DNA from: an uncultured Verrucomicrobiota bacterium
GTDB lineage: Bacteria > Verrucomicrobiota > Verrucomicrobiia > Opitutales > UBA9783
Assembly: GCA_902495005.1 (NCBI GenBank)
Contig: CABUVL010000002.1
Span: forward strand, 121,819 to 185,818
DNA: 64,000 nucleotides
Direction of reading: 5' to 3'
Within the stretch, counting starts at the first letter, position 1; the number at the start of each line of letters is the position of its first letter. Of the stretch, positions 10,132-19,844 are shown piece by piece. Made by a program: the position numbers and the translations under genes. The notes beneath the pieces were generated by a model, which saw only the letters and a list, made by a program, of their open reading frames with translations, did no database searches and had not been told where the DNA came from.

Positions 10132-11286
10132 ATGGTAGAAAAAATGGCTCTTAATGCGGAAGAAGTGCACCTGGATCCTTTAGGTGAGATTGCTTTTTTG
10201 CCCGACAATTTGTTTTTCTACAAGTCGATGGATCTTGTAGAAAATTTATCAAAAAATCGCCTGGAAGAATGGGTGTATAACGCGATTGTGGAAAGCGCAC
10301 CATTCCCTATAGACCAGTTGTTATGGGGCTTTGTAACGCGTACAAATGCCAAAGGCGTCGAGCAAGTTTTGTGGTACGCGGGCCTAAAAGAACGTATTTT
10401 AAGCGTCATAGGGGCGTTTGATGAGCATTTGCATCCAATCCCTTACTTCGCACTTGCGTTTTTATTGTCCACTAAGGGTGCACAGATCTTTACGGATGGG
10501 AAATTCGCCTCGGTATGTGTAGACGGCCAGATTTTTAATTTTTACAAGGCAGAGGAGGCGAGCTTTACGCATGTGCATCAATGTTTACTGGATGCCCATA
10601 AATTGATCGATGAAAACTTGATGCAAATTAAGTTAATCGGGACGAAGAGGAATTATGCGGGTGATGTAAAATTAACTTTGGAGTATCATTTGCTGGATGA
10701 ATCGGTTAAGCAACGCGAGGTAAATTTGAGTGCCAATGTGATTTGGTGGGCCGATGTGCGCGATAAGTCATTGCTCAAGTCCCTTAAGCGACAACAACAG
10801 CTGGCAGAGTATTCACAAGTTGGATTTAAGGCGGCTTGTGTGTTTTTCATATTTTTATTTGCATTTGAATGCTGTTTGTTGGGCGCAAAAGCGTGTTTAA
10901 TGTACAAGGAAAGTGTTAAAAACAAGCTGCAAGCCAAGGCATTGTCCATTGAGAGTAAGGATTTTTTAGTCCGCAAAATTCAAGGAACGGTGGAGCAAGA
11001 AATACGTCCATTTGAATTGTTGGGTATAATGAATAACTTCCGCCCACAATCGATTTATTTTTTATCGGCCTTGGTGGATAATTTGCACAACGTGGTAATT
11101 GAGGCCATGGCCGAAACGGCCGTATCTGCGGAGGATTATCGCCAGCAGTTGGCGAACAGCGGCTATTTTGAATCCGTAAGTATAGAGAATATTACCACCA
11201 CCTATCAGGGGACCAAGTTTACCTTGCTCTGTGATTTTAAAGAAAGAAAACCAACCTCATTTTTAACATTGGAGAACCCGTCGTGA
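10132..11286 (+). CDS. putative GspL-like assembly-platform protein (assignment by position and topology)
   Basis: 384 aa with a cytoplasmic-type N-domain, a single central TM (FKAACVFFIFLFAFECCLLGAKACLMY) and a C-terminal domain. Follows gspK as gspL does in canonical operons. Confidence 0.5.
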   Translation: MVEKMALNAEEVHLDPLGEIAFLPDNLFFYKSMDLVENLSKNRLEEWVYNAIVESAPFPIDQLLWGFVTRTNAKGVEQVLWYAGLKERILSVIGAFDEHLHPIPYFALAFLLSTKGAQIFTDGKFASVCVDGQIFNFYKAEEASFTHVHQCLLDAHKLIDENLMQIKLIGTKRNYAGDVKLTLEYHLLDESVKQREVNLSANVIWWADVRDKSLLKSLKRQQQLAEYSQVGFKAACVFFIFLFAFECCLLGAKACLMYKESVKNKLQAKALSIESKDFLVRKIQGTVEQEIRPFELLGIMNNFRPQSIYFLSALVDNLHNVVIEAMAETAVSAEDYRQQLANSGYFESVSIENITTTYQGTKFTLLCDFKERKPTSFLTLENPS

Positions 11287-11825
11287 AGTTGACAGATAAA
11301 ATTTTTAATGCGTTTGCTAAGTTGAATTGTCGAGAGAAGGTACTCTGCCTGATCTTCGTTTGGCTCTTGGGGATGATTTGGCTTACAACTTGCATGCATC
11401 GAATCAAGCAGTTTAAGCAGGATTGGAAGCTCGGGCAGTCTAAGTTGAAATGTTACAACTTTTGGATTAAGAACGAGGGCATTGTTAAGAGTAATTTGGA
11501 TAAAATTTTGACGTGGATCGATCCGCAAAAAACTTATTCGGGTACTCAATTGACCGGGCAAGTCGAAACCATAGCGCGTAACAATCAGCTCACTTACTCA
11601 ATGACAACGCCCAAAACGAGGCAGGGCGATATTTTCAACGCACATACGGTCAGATTGCGCTGTGAAAACGCAACTCTGCAGAATTTAATTACCTTTGAAA
11701 ACGAAATTTATCAGAAAAAGCCTTATGTGGGCTTGGAAAAGGTAAAAATTCAAGCCAACAACTTTAATCCAACCTTGCTGGACGTTAATTTTGATTTAAT
11801 TGCATTACAACTGAAGAACTTGTAA
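11283..11825 (+). CDS. putative GspM-like protein (assignment by position and topology)
   Basis: 180 aa. GTGA start/stop overlap with the previous gene. N-terminal L..REK motif followed by one TM (VLCLIFVWLLGMIWLTTCM). Confidence 0.45.
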   Translation: MKLTDKIFNAFAKLNCREKVLCLIFVWLLGMIWLTTCMHRIKQFKQDWKLGQSKLKCYNFWIKNEGIVKSNLDKILTWIDPQKTYSGTQLTGQVETIARNNQLTYSMTTPKTRQGDIFNAHTVRLRCENATLQNLITFENEIYQKKPYVGLEKVKIQANNFNPTLLDVNFDLIALQLKNL

Positions 11826-11831
11826 AAGAGA

Positions 11832-13946
11832 ATGGAAAAACTATCTAATTGTAAAACTAAACTGTTAAAGCCTTTTTGTATCAGTACGCTAATGATGGGT
11901 ACTCTTTACGTGGGCGTCTTAGCCGCTAAAGATGAAAATGATTTGGCCCGTGATGGAATATCGGAGAACTATGACCTGAATAATAATCCGATAGGGGACA
12001 GCGCAGACTCGCAGGTCGAATCCCTAACTTTGGTGGATGAATCGGTGCAGCAGGTGTTGTCGTTACTTGAAAGGTTGACAGATCGCATTTTGATCGTAGC
12101 GAGCAATTTGCCAAAAGTCTCCATCAACTTAAACATTCCCCATCCTTTGTCTAAGGCGGAGGCAATTGCAAGCTTGAAGAGTGTTTTGAACGCGAATGGA
12201 ATTGGCGTTACTCCAATGGGAGATAAATACTTACGTGTGATTCCTGTCAATCGCGCCAAGAACAGTGCGCCGGAACTGATTGCTTTTCAGGACCTTCAAT
12301 CTCGTCCAAGCAGCCAGGAAGTTTGCAGTTGTATTTTCCCTTTTAAAAATTTAACCGCGCGCGAGGCGGTCCGCATGGTGCATTCATTTTTAACGCCTAT
12401 CGTATCATCCGTCGTGACCTTGGATAAATCTAATGCGTTGTTGATCACCGATTCGCTGAGCAATCTTCAACGTTTGGGCGGTATTTTTGATAAAATTGAT
12501 AAAGTGGGGGATGTCCAAGAAAAGATTATGTTTTTCGACGTGAAGAACGTAAGCGCCAAGGAATTAAAGCAAAAGTTTGAAGACTTACAAAAAGGGGCTT
12601 TAAAACGTTACTTGTTGGGGAACACCTCCTTTGAAGCGGATCCGAGGACCAATCAACTCATTGTCGTTACGGCGATTGGCAATGAATCCATCATTGAAGA
12701 TTTTGTGGCACGTTTGGACGTCAATATAGGTTCGTTGTCCCGCAGTCACGTGTTTAGAATTCAACATGGATCTAGTAAGGAGTTAACGGAGCTGGTAAAG
12801 AAGTTGGTCCAACAACAAAATCAACAAGACCGTTCGACGCACCGCCGTGATGAGAATATTGCCACACAGGGCGATCAAGTGGCTCAATTCAGCAAGCAAT
12901 TAAGCATTGAGTGCGACGAACGTTTAAATGCGGTAGTCGTCTATGGAACCCCAACGGATATCAGACAAATTCAACAGCTCATCGAGCAATTGGACGTTGT
13001 GCTTCCACAGGTACGCATTGAAGTGGTGATTGCCGAAGTCCACTTGCAACAAGGACAAGTGAGTGGATTGGAGTCCTTTGGCTATTCCCATCTGGGGAAT
13101 GTCAATACCTTAAAGGACGTTCAGTTGCCTTCCTTGGCCAGTGGTACCTCTGCGTTTTCATTGAATTCGTTGACTTTTAGAAAGTTGTCGATGGATATGA
13201 TTGTAAATGCCGCCAAGTCCAATGAAAACATCTCGATCCTGTCATCGCCCACATTATTGACGACACATGCGCGTGAGGCGGTTATTAAGATTATGGAAAC
13301 GAGACCTTACTTGAGCAGCGTGCAAACGAAGATCGGCTCTTCAAATGAACCTGAGGTTAGCAACAGTAATATTGAAAAGGTAGACGCGGGTATTGAATTG
13401 ACAGTTAAGCCGTTGATCGGCACAAACGGTGTAGTTCAATTGGAAATTTCACAAAAGGTGGATAATTTTTCACAGGAATCGACCAGCGTGGGTTCCAGTA
13501 ACCTCAGCATGCCACACATTCGACGTCGTGAGGCTAAGTCGTTCGTATCTGTACAATCGGGAGACGTCCTGGTTTTGGGAGGCCTAAAGCAAAGGGAGAT
13601 GACGGATACTAAAAAGCGCATGTTTTTACTGGGCGATTTGCCTTTGTTGGGAGATGCCTTATTCTCAAGCAAGGTTAAGCAGGAGGAAATTAAGGAGCTC
13701 ATCATCTTTATTCGTCCGAAAGTCTTATCCGATCCTGAGGCTGCCACGCAAGATACTAAGGAATACATTAATAAGTTGAGTAATTCCACGCAAGAGGAGG
13801 TCAATAATTACCTTAAGGAAGGTCAATTTTTGAAGGATGATCGTTTCGAGTCCAGGAAGAGGCGTGCTGTAAAAAAACACGTTTTACATGGGAAACGTAA
13901 GTGCTTGAGGGCACAAGTAACTCAGCAAAAAGAACTAGGAAAATAG
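11832..13946 (+). CDS. gspD: type II secretion secretin GspD
   Basis: Signal peptide and an N0-like domain (LTLVDESVQQVLSLLERLTDRILIV...). Secretin C-domain VLVLGGLKQREMTDTKKRMFLLGDLPLLGDALFSSK...ELIIFIRPKVL. Confidence 0.93.
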   Translation: MEKLSNCKTKLLKPFCISTLMMGTLYVGVLAAKDENDLARDGISENYDLNNNPIGDSADSQVESLTLVDESVQQVLSLLERLTDRILIVASNLPKVSINLNIPHPLSKAEAIASLKSVLNANGIGVTPMGDKYLRVIPVNRAKNSAPELIAFQDLQSRPSSQEVCSCIFPFKNLTAREAVRMVHSFLTPIVSSVVTLDKSNALLITDSLSNLQRLGGIFDKIDKVGDVQEKIMFFDVKNVSAKELKQKFEDLQKGALKRYLLGNTSFEADPRTNQLIVVTAIGNESIIEDFVARLDVNIGSLSRSHVFRIQHGSSKELTELVKKLVQQQNQQDRSTHRRDENIATQGDQVAQFSKQLSIECDERLNAVVVYGTPTDIRQIQQLIEQLDVVLPQVRIEVVIAEVHLQQGQVSGLESFGYSHLGNVNTLKDVQLPSLASGTSAFSLNSLTFRKLSMDMIVNAAKSNENISILSSPTLLTTHAREAVIKIMETRPYLSSVQTKIGSSNEPEVSNSNIEKVDAGIELTVKPLIGTNGVVQLEISQKVDNFSQESTSVGSSNLSMPHIRRREAKSFVSVQSGDVLVLGGLKQREMTDTKKRMFLLGDLPLLGDALFSSKVKQEEIKELIIFIRPKVLSDPEAATQDTKEYINKLSNSTQEEVNNYLKEGQFLKDDRFESRKRRAVKKHVLHGKRKCLRAQVTQQKELGK

Positions 13947-13956
13947 CCGGCTTGCG

Positions 13957-14436
13957 ATGAATTTATTTTATAAAAAATGTATCTGGATTTTTGGCCTGGG
14001 CCTGGGTTTGCTGGCAAACGCAGAGGATACTCATCCCGAAGAAGAGATTAAGCGTTATGCGCAAGAATTGGTGGAGCATTCTCCTTTTATCCCCGATTAC
14101 TACAAGCAAAGCGGCCATTCGACGGTGCCTGTATCGACTTTAACAACGGCCAACTATCAATTCCACAGTGTGGTAAAGATGGCTGACGGAAGTTATCAGT
14201 TTGGTTTGACGGACACGCAAAGCTCAAAAGGATTGTGGATTTCATCAACGCGAGAGAACAATGACCCCGCGTTAAATATCCAATTTTACACGTATGATGA
14301 GAATAAGCACATCCTGGTGATAGAATTGCCAGAAGGCTTGGTGAGAGTTCCGTTAGTGGTACATAAGGAATCGGCCAACAAGAGCCAAGGGGGTTACGTT
14401 GGTGTGGATGTCTTGGAAGATGAGGATGACGATTAG
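13957..14436 (+). CDS. hypothetical exported protein with acidic C-terminal tail, embedded in the T2SS operon
   Basis: Signal peptide MNLFYKKCIWIFGLGLGLLANA/ED with no lipobox Cys. Ends in VLEDEDDD. Lies 10 nt after gspD and 21 nt before gspE. Confidence 0.6.
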   Translation: MNLFYKKCIWIFGLGLGLLANAEDTHPEEEIKRYAQELVEHSPFIPDYYKQSGHSTVPVSTLTTANYQFHSVVKMADGSYQFGLTDTQSSKGLWISSTRENNDPALNIQFYTYDENKHILVIELPEGLVRVPLVVHKESANKSQGGYVGVDVLEDEDDD

Positions 14437-14457
14437 AGCTGAGCAAAATAAGAGTTT

Positions 14458-16161
14458 ATGAATTTACAAAAATATAGGATTAAGGTTCCGAAGTTACTAG
14501 AACGATTAGACGACAGGCAGAAGGATTCCTTGTTTGAATTACCAAGGCACATGCGCATGGGGCGTCTGGCGGAGTTGTTTAATTATTCGGAGAATGTGAT
14601 TGGGCGTCTGATTGCGGAGGATCACGGCCTTGTATTTTTGGAAGATTTTACGGTGTGTAAAAACGCGACAGAGCTCATTCCTTTGAGGCTCATTCATGAA
14701 TACCAATGCTTGCCCATTGTCAGCGATAAGGGCTTGGTGGCCGATCAATTGCATTTGGTTACGGTGTGGTCTCCCGATGAAGACATGATTCGCTGGATTG
14801 AAGCTGCCTGTGGGCGTAAGGCGACGTGGTACTTGACCTTTGCGCAAAATGTTGCCAACACCATTATTCAAAATTTTGGGGTAGGTTCTGACAGCCTGTC
14901 GGAGAGTGACCTGGAAGACGCCGTGCAGGATGAATCCGAGGTCGAGGAAGATGAGGATGCGGCCATCATCCGCTTCGTGAATGAAATTATTGCCAAGGCG
15001 GTGACGGATCGGGCGACGGATATTCACTTTGAACCGCAGAAAAACTCCATACAAATTCGTTATCGTATTGATGGGCAATTGGTTTCTGTCAAATTGCCGG
15101 AGAATTTAGTAAAATTTCAGGCAGCCATTATTTCGCGTTTAAAGATTATGGCGCGGCTGAACATTTCTGAAAAGCGTCGGCCTCAAGATGGTCGTATTCG
15201 TTTTACTTCCGGACCGGTTGAATTGGATATCCGTTTGTCGACCTTGCCAACGTTGTACGGAGAAAGCGTTAGCTTGCGTCTCTTAAATCAGGGCAGTCGG
15301 CCGGTTACCTTGGAAGATTTGGGCCTGACAAGTGAAGATCTGAAACTCATCGATCATAATATCCACAAGCCGCACGGTATTATTTTAGTGACGGGGCCCA
15401 CGGGTTCCGGTAAGTCAACGTCGCTCAGCGCCTTTGTGCGTCGCATTCGGACGCCAGAACGACGTATTATTACGGTGGAAGATCCGGTCGAATATGAGAT
15501 TGAGGGGGTTAATCAATCGCAGGTACACAGCGAAATCGGTTTCAATTTCGCCAGTGCGTTGAGGCATATTTTGCGGCAAGATCCGGATGTGATTATGATT
15601 GGTGAAATTCGGGATAAGGAAACGGCCGATATCGCCATTCGCGCTTCTCTGACGGGACACTTGGTCCTAAGCTCTCTGCACACCAATGATGCGGCAGGCG
15701 GATTAACCCGTTTGGTGGACATGGGAATTGAGCCCTTTCTCATCACATCCTCGGTTGAAATGATTATTGCCCAACGTCTTATTCGCCGTTTGTGCCCGCA
15801 TTGTGCTCAATTGGACGAGATCCCTGAAAGGACCCTGAGGGCACAATTGAAGCAATTGGGTATTCCGGAATCTGAATGTCAGTACGCGGGTAAATTGAAG
15901 AAGGCCGTGGGTTGCGATCAGTGCAGAAATTTGGGCTACAAGGGCCGTATTGGTGTATTTGAAATTTTAAACATTAGCGAAGAAATTCACAGGGCGATCA
16001 TTAAAAATCAGTCGTCGGATGAGATCAAGGAAATCGCCCTGCGTGAGGGCATGCGTACTTTGCAACAATCGGCGTGGAATCAAGTCAAACGCGGGTTGAC
16101 AAGCTTGGAGGCTGTCCTGCACTTCGCGGCAGTTGATTTGGATGAAACGGCAGCTGAATAG
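14458..16161 (+). CDS. gspE: type II secretion ATPase GspE
   Basis: N-terminal GSPII_E_N-like domain, RPQDGRI, Walker A GPTGSGKST, EDPVEYEI, His box GHLVLSSLHTNDA, and tetracysteine CPHC...CDQC. Confidence 0.95.
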   Translation: MNLQKYRIKVPKLLERLDDRQKDSLFELPRHMRMGRLAELFNYSENVIGRLIAEDHGLVFLEDFTVCKNATELIPLRLIHEYQCLPIVSDKGLVADQLHLVTVWSPDEDMIRWIEAACGRKATWYLTFAQNVANTIIQNFGVGSDSLSESDLEDAVQDESEVEEDEDAAIIRFVNEIIAKAVTDRATDIHFEPQKNSIQIRYRIDGQLVSVKLPENLVKFQAAIISRLKIMARLNISEKRRPQDGRIRFTSGPVELDIRLSTLPTLYGESVSLRLLNQGSRPVTLEDLGLTSEDLKLIDHNIHKPHGIILVTGPTGSGKSTSLSAFVRRIRTPERRIITVEDPVEYEIEGVNQSQVHSEIGFNFASALRHILRQDPDVIMIGEIRDKETADIAIRASLTGHLVLSSLHTNDAAGGLTRLVDMGIEPFLITSSVEMIIAQRLIRRLCPHCAQLDEIPERTLRAQLKQLGIPESECQYAGKLKKAVGCDQCRNLGYKGRIGVFEILNISEEIHRAIIKNQSSDEIKEIALREGMRTLQQSAWNQVKRGLTSLEAVLHFAAVDLDETAAE

Positions 16162-16169
16162 GGGTAGGC

Positions 16170-17375
16170 ATGTTGAAATTTAAGTACAAGTATGCTGGGA
16201 AAAAGGAAGGCTTTATTTTTGCCAGAAACAAGGGCCACGCCCTGCAGTTGCTGTCACGGCAGGGCATTCGCGTGGATGAAATCGTTGGGCTGGGCAATGA
16301 TAAAAAGTCGCCCGATGGCAGTTTGAAGAAGTTGAATGCAAAGGTCGCCTTACCTTTTTTGAAACGGGTATTCCAACTCCACAGTGCGGGCTTGCCCATT
16401 GGTGATACGTTGAAGATTTTGCAATTGCGTGTGCAGGACAAAGCTCAAAAAGAGTTGGCCATTGCGCTGTGGCGCGATCTGAGTGAGGGTAAAAGCTTCG
16501 GCGTGGCTTTGAGAAATTATCCGCACGTTTTCAATGAAGATATTGCGGCACCCATTGAGGCCGCGGAGATTACGGGAAATTTAGTCCCCGTTTTAAAACA
16601 GATCATTCAGTTATTGACGGACCGCGAGCAATTGAAAAAGAAAATTGTGAATGGGATGGCTTATCCCGCGATTGTTTCTACCGTGGCCGTGATTGTCGTT
16701 GGATTTTTCCTGTTCTTCTTATTGCCTCGCATCGAACATATGTTGCACAGTCTGGGCGGTGAAATGACCTTGCCTGCACGCCTTTTAATTGTCTTTTCTC
16801 ATGTTCTGTTGTACGGCCTTCCGATAGGCCTGGTGGTATTGTTCTTATTTGTTTTTGCCTTGAAAACATGGCGAAAACGGTCGGCGATGGGACGGCTAAA
16901 AACGGATACTTTTGTATTAAAGATCCCCGTAGTTTCCCACTTGATCCGCTGTGTTGAAATTTGCCGGGTGTCAAATTTATTGGCAACTTTATTGGGCAGT
17001 GGGGTCAACTTAACCGAGGGCATGCGTTTGTCGGAAAAGGTAATTAAAAATGTTTATCTAAAAAAGCTGTTTCAAAATGCGTGCAGTAAGGTCAATGACG
17101 GTGTGTCTTTGTCGGTGGCATTTAAGTCGACCGGCCTTGGATTTTTCACAGATACTGCCCTCGATATTGTTACCGTGGGGGAGAATACGGGCAATATGCA
17201 CGACAGCTTTAACGAAGTTTATAAGATGCTCAACGAAGAATTGGACGCACGTTTCCGTTTTCTGACAAGTTTTATTACGTCGGCGGCCTTGGGCTTTGCA
17301 TTTTTCCTCGTGGCTGTATTGGCCTTGGGAATTGTGTCCAGCGTTATGCAATTTAGTAATTCATTAAAATTATAA
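16170..17375 (+). CDS. gspF: type II secretion inner-membrane platform protein GspF
   Basis: 401 aa with two T2SSF-type repeats and three TM segments. Motifs EAAEITGNL and VGENTGNM. Immediately follows gspE. Confidence 0.9.
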   Translation: MLKFKYKYAGKKEGFIFARNKGHALQLLSRQGIRVDEIVGLGNDKKSPDGSLKKLNAKVALPFLKRVFQLHSAGLPIGDTLKILQLRVQDKAQKELAIALWRDLSEGKSFGVALRNYPHVFNEDIAAPIEAAEITGNLVPVLKQIIQLLTDREQLKKKIVNGMAYPAIVSTVAVIVVGFFLFFLLPRIEHMLHSLGGEMTLPARLLIVFSHVLLYGLPIGLVVLFLFVFALKTWRKRSAMGRLKTDTFVLKIPVVSHLIRCVEICRVSNLLATLLGSGVNLTEGMRLSEKVIKNVYLKKLFQNACSKVNDGVSLSVAFKSTGLGFFTDTALDIVTVGENTGNMHDSFNEVYKMLNEELDARFRFLTSFITSAALGFAFFLVAVLALGIVSSVMQFSNSLKL

Positions 17376-17394
17376 AAATTTAAGACAAAAAGAG

Positions 17395-17424
17395 TTGACG
17401 AGATTTTAGAAAGCTCCATATATT
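17395..17424 (+). promoter_or_regulatory. candidate sigma70-type promoter for rpsU
   Basis: -35 TTGACG (17395-17400), an 18-bp spacer, then -10 TATATT (17419-17424). An AAGGA SD lies upstream of ATG 17455. Confidence 0.4.
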
Positions 17425-17454
17425 TATATTGTCATTTTAAATTAAGGAACACAA

Positions 17455-17655
17455 ATGTCGGTAGAAGTTAAAATGCGTAAAGGTGAACCCTTAGAAAAAG
17501 CACTGCGGCGCTTAAAGAAAAAGTTGGACCGCGAGGGCATCTTACGTGCAGTAAAGGCAAAACGTTATTTTGAAAAGCCTTGCGAAGTAAGGCGTCAAAA
17601 AGAAAAGGTGGCTGCATTTAATAATATGTTGCGCCACAAGCATGATATTGCGTAA
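17455..17655 (+). CDS. rpsU: 30S ribosomal protein S21
   Basis: 66 aa and highly basic, with KALRRLKKKLDREGIL...KRYFEKPCEVRRQKEK, typical of bS21. Confidence 0.93.
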   Translation: MSVEVKMRKGEPLEKALRRLKKKLDREGILRAVKAKRYFEKPCEVRRQKEKVAAFNNMLRHKHDIA

Positions 17656-17686
17656 GAATTTTGTTGGTTATATAGTTAATGGTGGG

Positions 17687-17725
17687 CGTAGAGCAATTAG
17701 AGGGGTAATTGCTCTACGTTTTTTT
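17687..17725 (+). terminator. rho-independent terminator after rpsU
   Basis: 12-bp perfect stem CGTAGAGCAATT (17687-17698) / AATTGCTCTACG (17707-17718), followed by TTTTTTT. Confidence 0.85.
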
Positions 17726-18006
17726 ATACTCAGCGCTCTAAATTTTTTTTGTGGCTTGAGCTACAGTTGGAATGCAAGTGGGCCGCAGCCATTGAAATGA
17801 ATGTCGACGATTGTCTAAGCTGTTGGAGAGGTGAATAGGGGCATAAAATCCTTTGGATTTGCAAGGTGAGTTGAGACTTTTAAGCTCCGCATGCAATTAA
17901 GCCGTGGAATGCTCGGAAGGCGCTCGAAAGAAAGAATTGGATGGGTGTTGTTATTCTTAGAATTTAGACTTGGAAGTAATTAAATTAGTGGGTTAACTTT
18001 TACCGT

Positions 18007-18852
18007 ATGTTGACGTTGGCACAAACAAAGTCTTTGTTGAACCGCTTACAATTACTTCCAAAGCGGAAGATGGGGCAGAATTTCCTCGTTAATTCGACTT
18101 ATGTAGTGCGTTCTTTAGACTGGGCGCAGGTTAAATTGGGCGATGTTGTTGTGGAAATTGGTCCCGGATGTGGAACCTTAACGACGGCGTTGGTTGCCGC
18201 CAATGCGCAGGTGTACGCGGTGGAAAAAGATCGTGTTTTGTACGCTCACATTGCTGAAACTTTGCCAGAAGTTGAGCTCGTGTGCGATGATGCCTTGCAA
18301 AGCCCCGTTGGACGGTACGATTTTAGTGCAGATGCGTACAAGGTGGTGGCGAATTTGCCTTACGCAATTGCAAGTATTTGGGGGGACCGCATCTTGGAAT
18401 TGGCCCAACTCCCAGTCTGTATGGTCTTGATGGTACAGAAGGAAGCGGCGGATCGTTGGTTCTCATCGGAAGGGAACAAACAGTTTTGCCCCTTGTCTAT
18501 TTTTTTTCAATCGGCTTATCAAATTGAAAACAAGTGCACGGTTTCCAAAAATTGTTTTTACCCGCAACCCAAGGTTGATTCCGTGCTTCTGCATTTGTCA
18601 CGGCGCGAGCATCCTTTTATTTTTGAATCAGATTGCAAGAAGTTGATCAGGGATATCTTTGTGCATCGTCGGCAACAAATTGGGCATGTTTGCAAGAGCT
18701 TGGATACGGCCCTATCACGTTATTTATTGTCGTATTTAACGAGTCGCAATGTGCCTTTGTCGAGTCGAGCAGAATCTTTACCCGTTGAGTTTTGGCAATT
18801 ATTTGCCGTCGAGCTCGGTCATCATTTGCAAGCTTCTAATGCACTTGATTGA
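18007..18852 (+). CDS. rsmA: 16S rRNA (adenine1518/1519-N6)-dimethyltransferase RsmA/KsgA
   Basis: Motifs GQNFLVN, SAM-binding VVEIGPGCGTLT, and NLPYAIAS. Confidence 0.92.
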   Translation: MLTLAQTKSLLNRLQLLPKRKMGQNFLVNSTYVVRSLDWAQVKLGDVVVEIGPGCGTLTTALVAANAQVYAVEKDRVLYAHIAETLPEVELVCDDALQSPVGRYDFSADAYKVVANLPYAIASIWGDRILELAQLPVCMVLMVQKEAADRWFSSEGNKQFCPLSIFFQSAYQIENKCTVSKNCFYPQPKVDSVLLHLSRREHPFIFESDCKKLIRDIFVHRRQQIGHVCKSLDTALSRYLLSYLTSRNVPLSSRAESLPVEFWQLFAVELGHHLQASNALD

Positions 18853-19483
18853 GTTGTTCGTTGGCGAAGTGAATCAATTGTTCGTCCGATAAAACGGGCA
18901 TTTTTTCGCAGCTCGTGGCGTGAACTATCACCTTGGAAAAAGGCTTGGGGATGCGGAAATGATCCCAAGAGTTAAGCTTCCAGGCGTTCATTTTTAGCGA
19001 TAAAAAGATGACGGGGACTTGCTTGTTGCAGGCTAATCGTAGAGAGCCCGGTTTGCACACGTAGCGAGGGCCACGAGGGCCATCTGGTGTAATGATGATG
19101 TCACAATTTTCGTCTTCGATTTTTTGACTAAGTTCTTTAAGGGCTAATTGGCCACGCCAGCTGCTGGAGCCTCTTATGACGCGGACGCCGAAATAAGAGA
19201 CCAAAGTTTCCAAAAGTGCGCCGTCTTTACTCGCACTTATGAGTCCGTAAATGGGTTTGTTGTGACGTTTACAACGAAGATGCAGCTTGGGGGCGAAAAA
19301 GAGGCAGTTGTGCCAGAAGTAGATGATGCAGGGTTTATCGAGATACTGATTTAAAGTACGTTGGCTCCCTTGGGTGAAATGAAGGCGCAGGGTGCAATAC
19401 CACAACCTTAAGAGCAGGTAAATTAAGCAGAGAAAAATTTTCTGAAGTAGGTTCGTGTGGTGAATCTTACGCATGCTGAACAA
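18836..19483 (-). CDS. DUF374 / lysophospholipid acyltransferase-like protein
   Basis: Blocks LISASKDGALLE...FGVRVIRGSS and ITPDGPRGPRY match the DUF374 family signature as I recall it. The 3' end overlaps rsmA by 17 nt (convergent). Confidence 0.7.
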   Translation of the reverse strand: MFSMRKIHHTNLLQKIFLCLIYLLLRLWYCTLRLHFTQGSQRTLNQYLDKPCIIYFWHNCLFFAPKLHLRCKRHNKPIYGLISASKDGALLETLVSYFGVRVIRGSSSWRGQLALKELSQKIEDENCDIIITPDGPRGPRYVCKPGSLRLACNKQVPVIFLSLKMNAWKLNSWDHFRIPKPFSKVIVHATSCEKMPVLSDEQLIHFANEQLNQVH

Positions 19484-19695
19484 ATTTGAAGATAAAAATG
19501 TACCTGGGTCAATGAAGGTTTACGCCTATTTTTCAACGAGCTTTGGGATAAATGTGGACCTTGGATCGGGCTTATTGGGCGAAGTGGGGCTGCCGTGAGA
19601 ACGCTTGCGATCATCATTGAGGCCGATTGAGTTAAATAAATGAAAAAAATATTTGACTTACGGTGAGAATATTTATGAATATAAATACATAGATT

Positions 19696-19771
<76 letters not shown>

Positions 19772-19844
19772 GGTTTGATAAATTTAGATTATAAGGATAA
19801 GCGATGCATGAGTATGCTGACTTAAAACCCGGAGCGAACGGATT

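Noticed and set aside
14539-15078. Long antisense ORFs inside strong genes. Examples: 14539-15078 (-) in gspE, 29367-29888 (-) in trxB, 32271-32774 (-) in xer, 34387-34896 (-) in nifJ, 44456-45052 (-) in the ABC ATPase, 56380-56922 (-) in the CoA-transferase.
   Set aside because: Each lies fully within a gene that has unambiguous family motifs on the opposite strand. Their products are Arg/Pro/His-rich and low-complexity, with no motifs. They are typical shadow ORFs.
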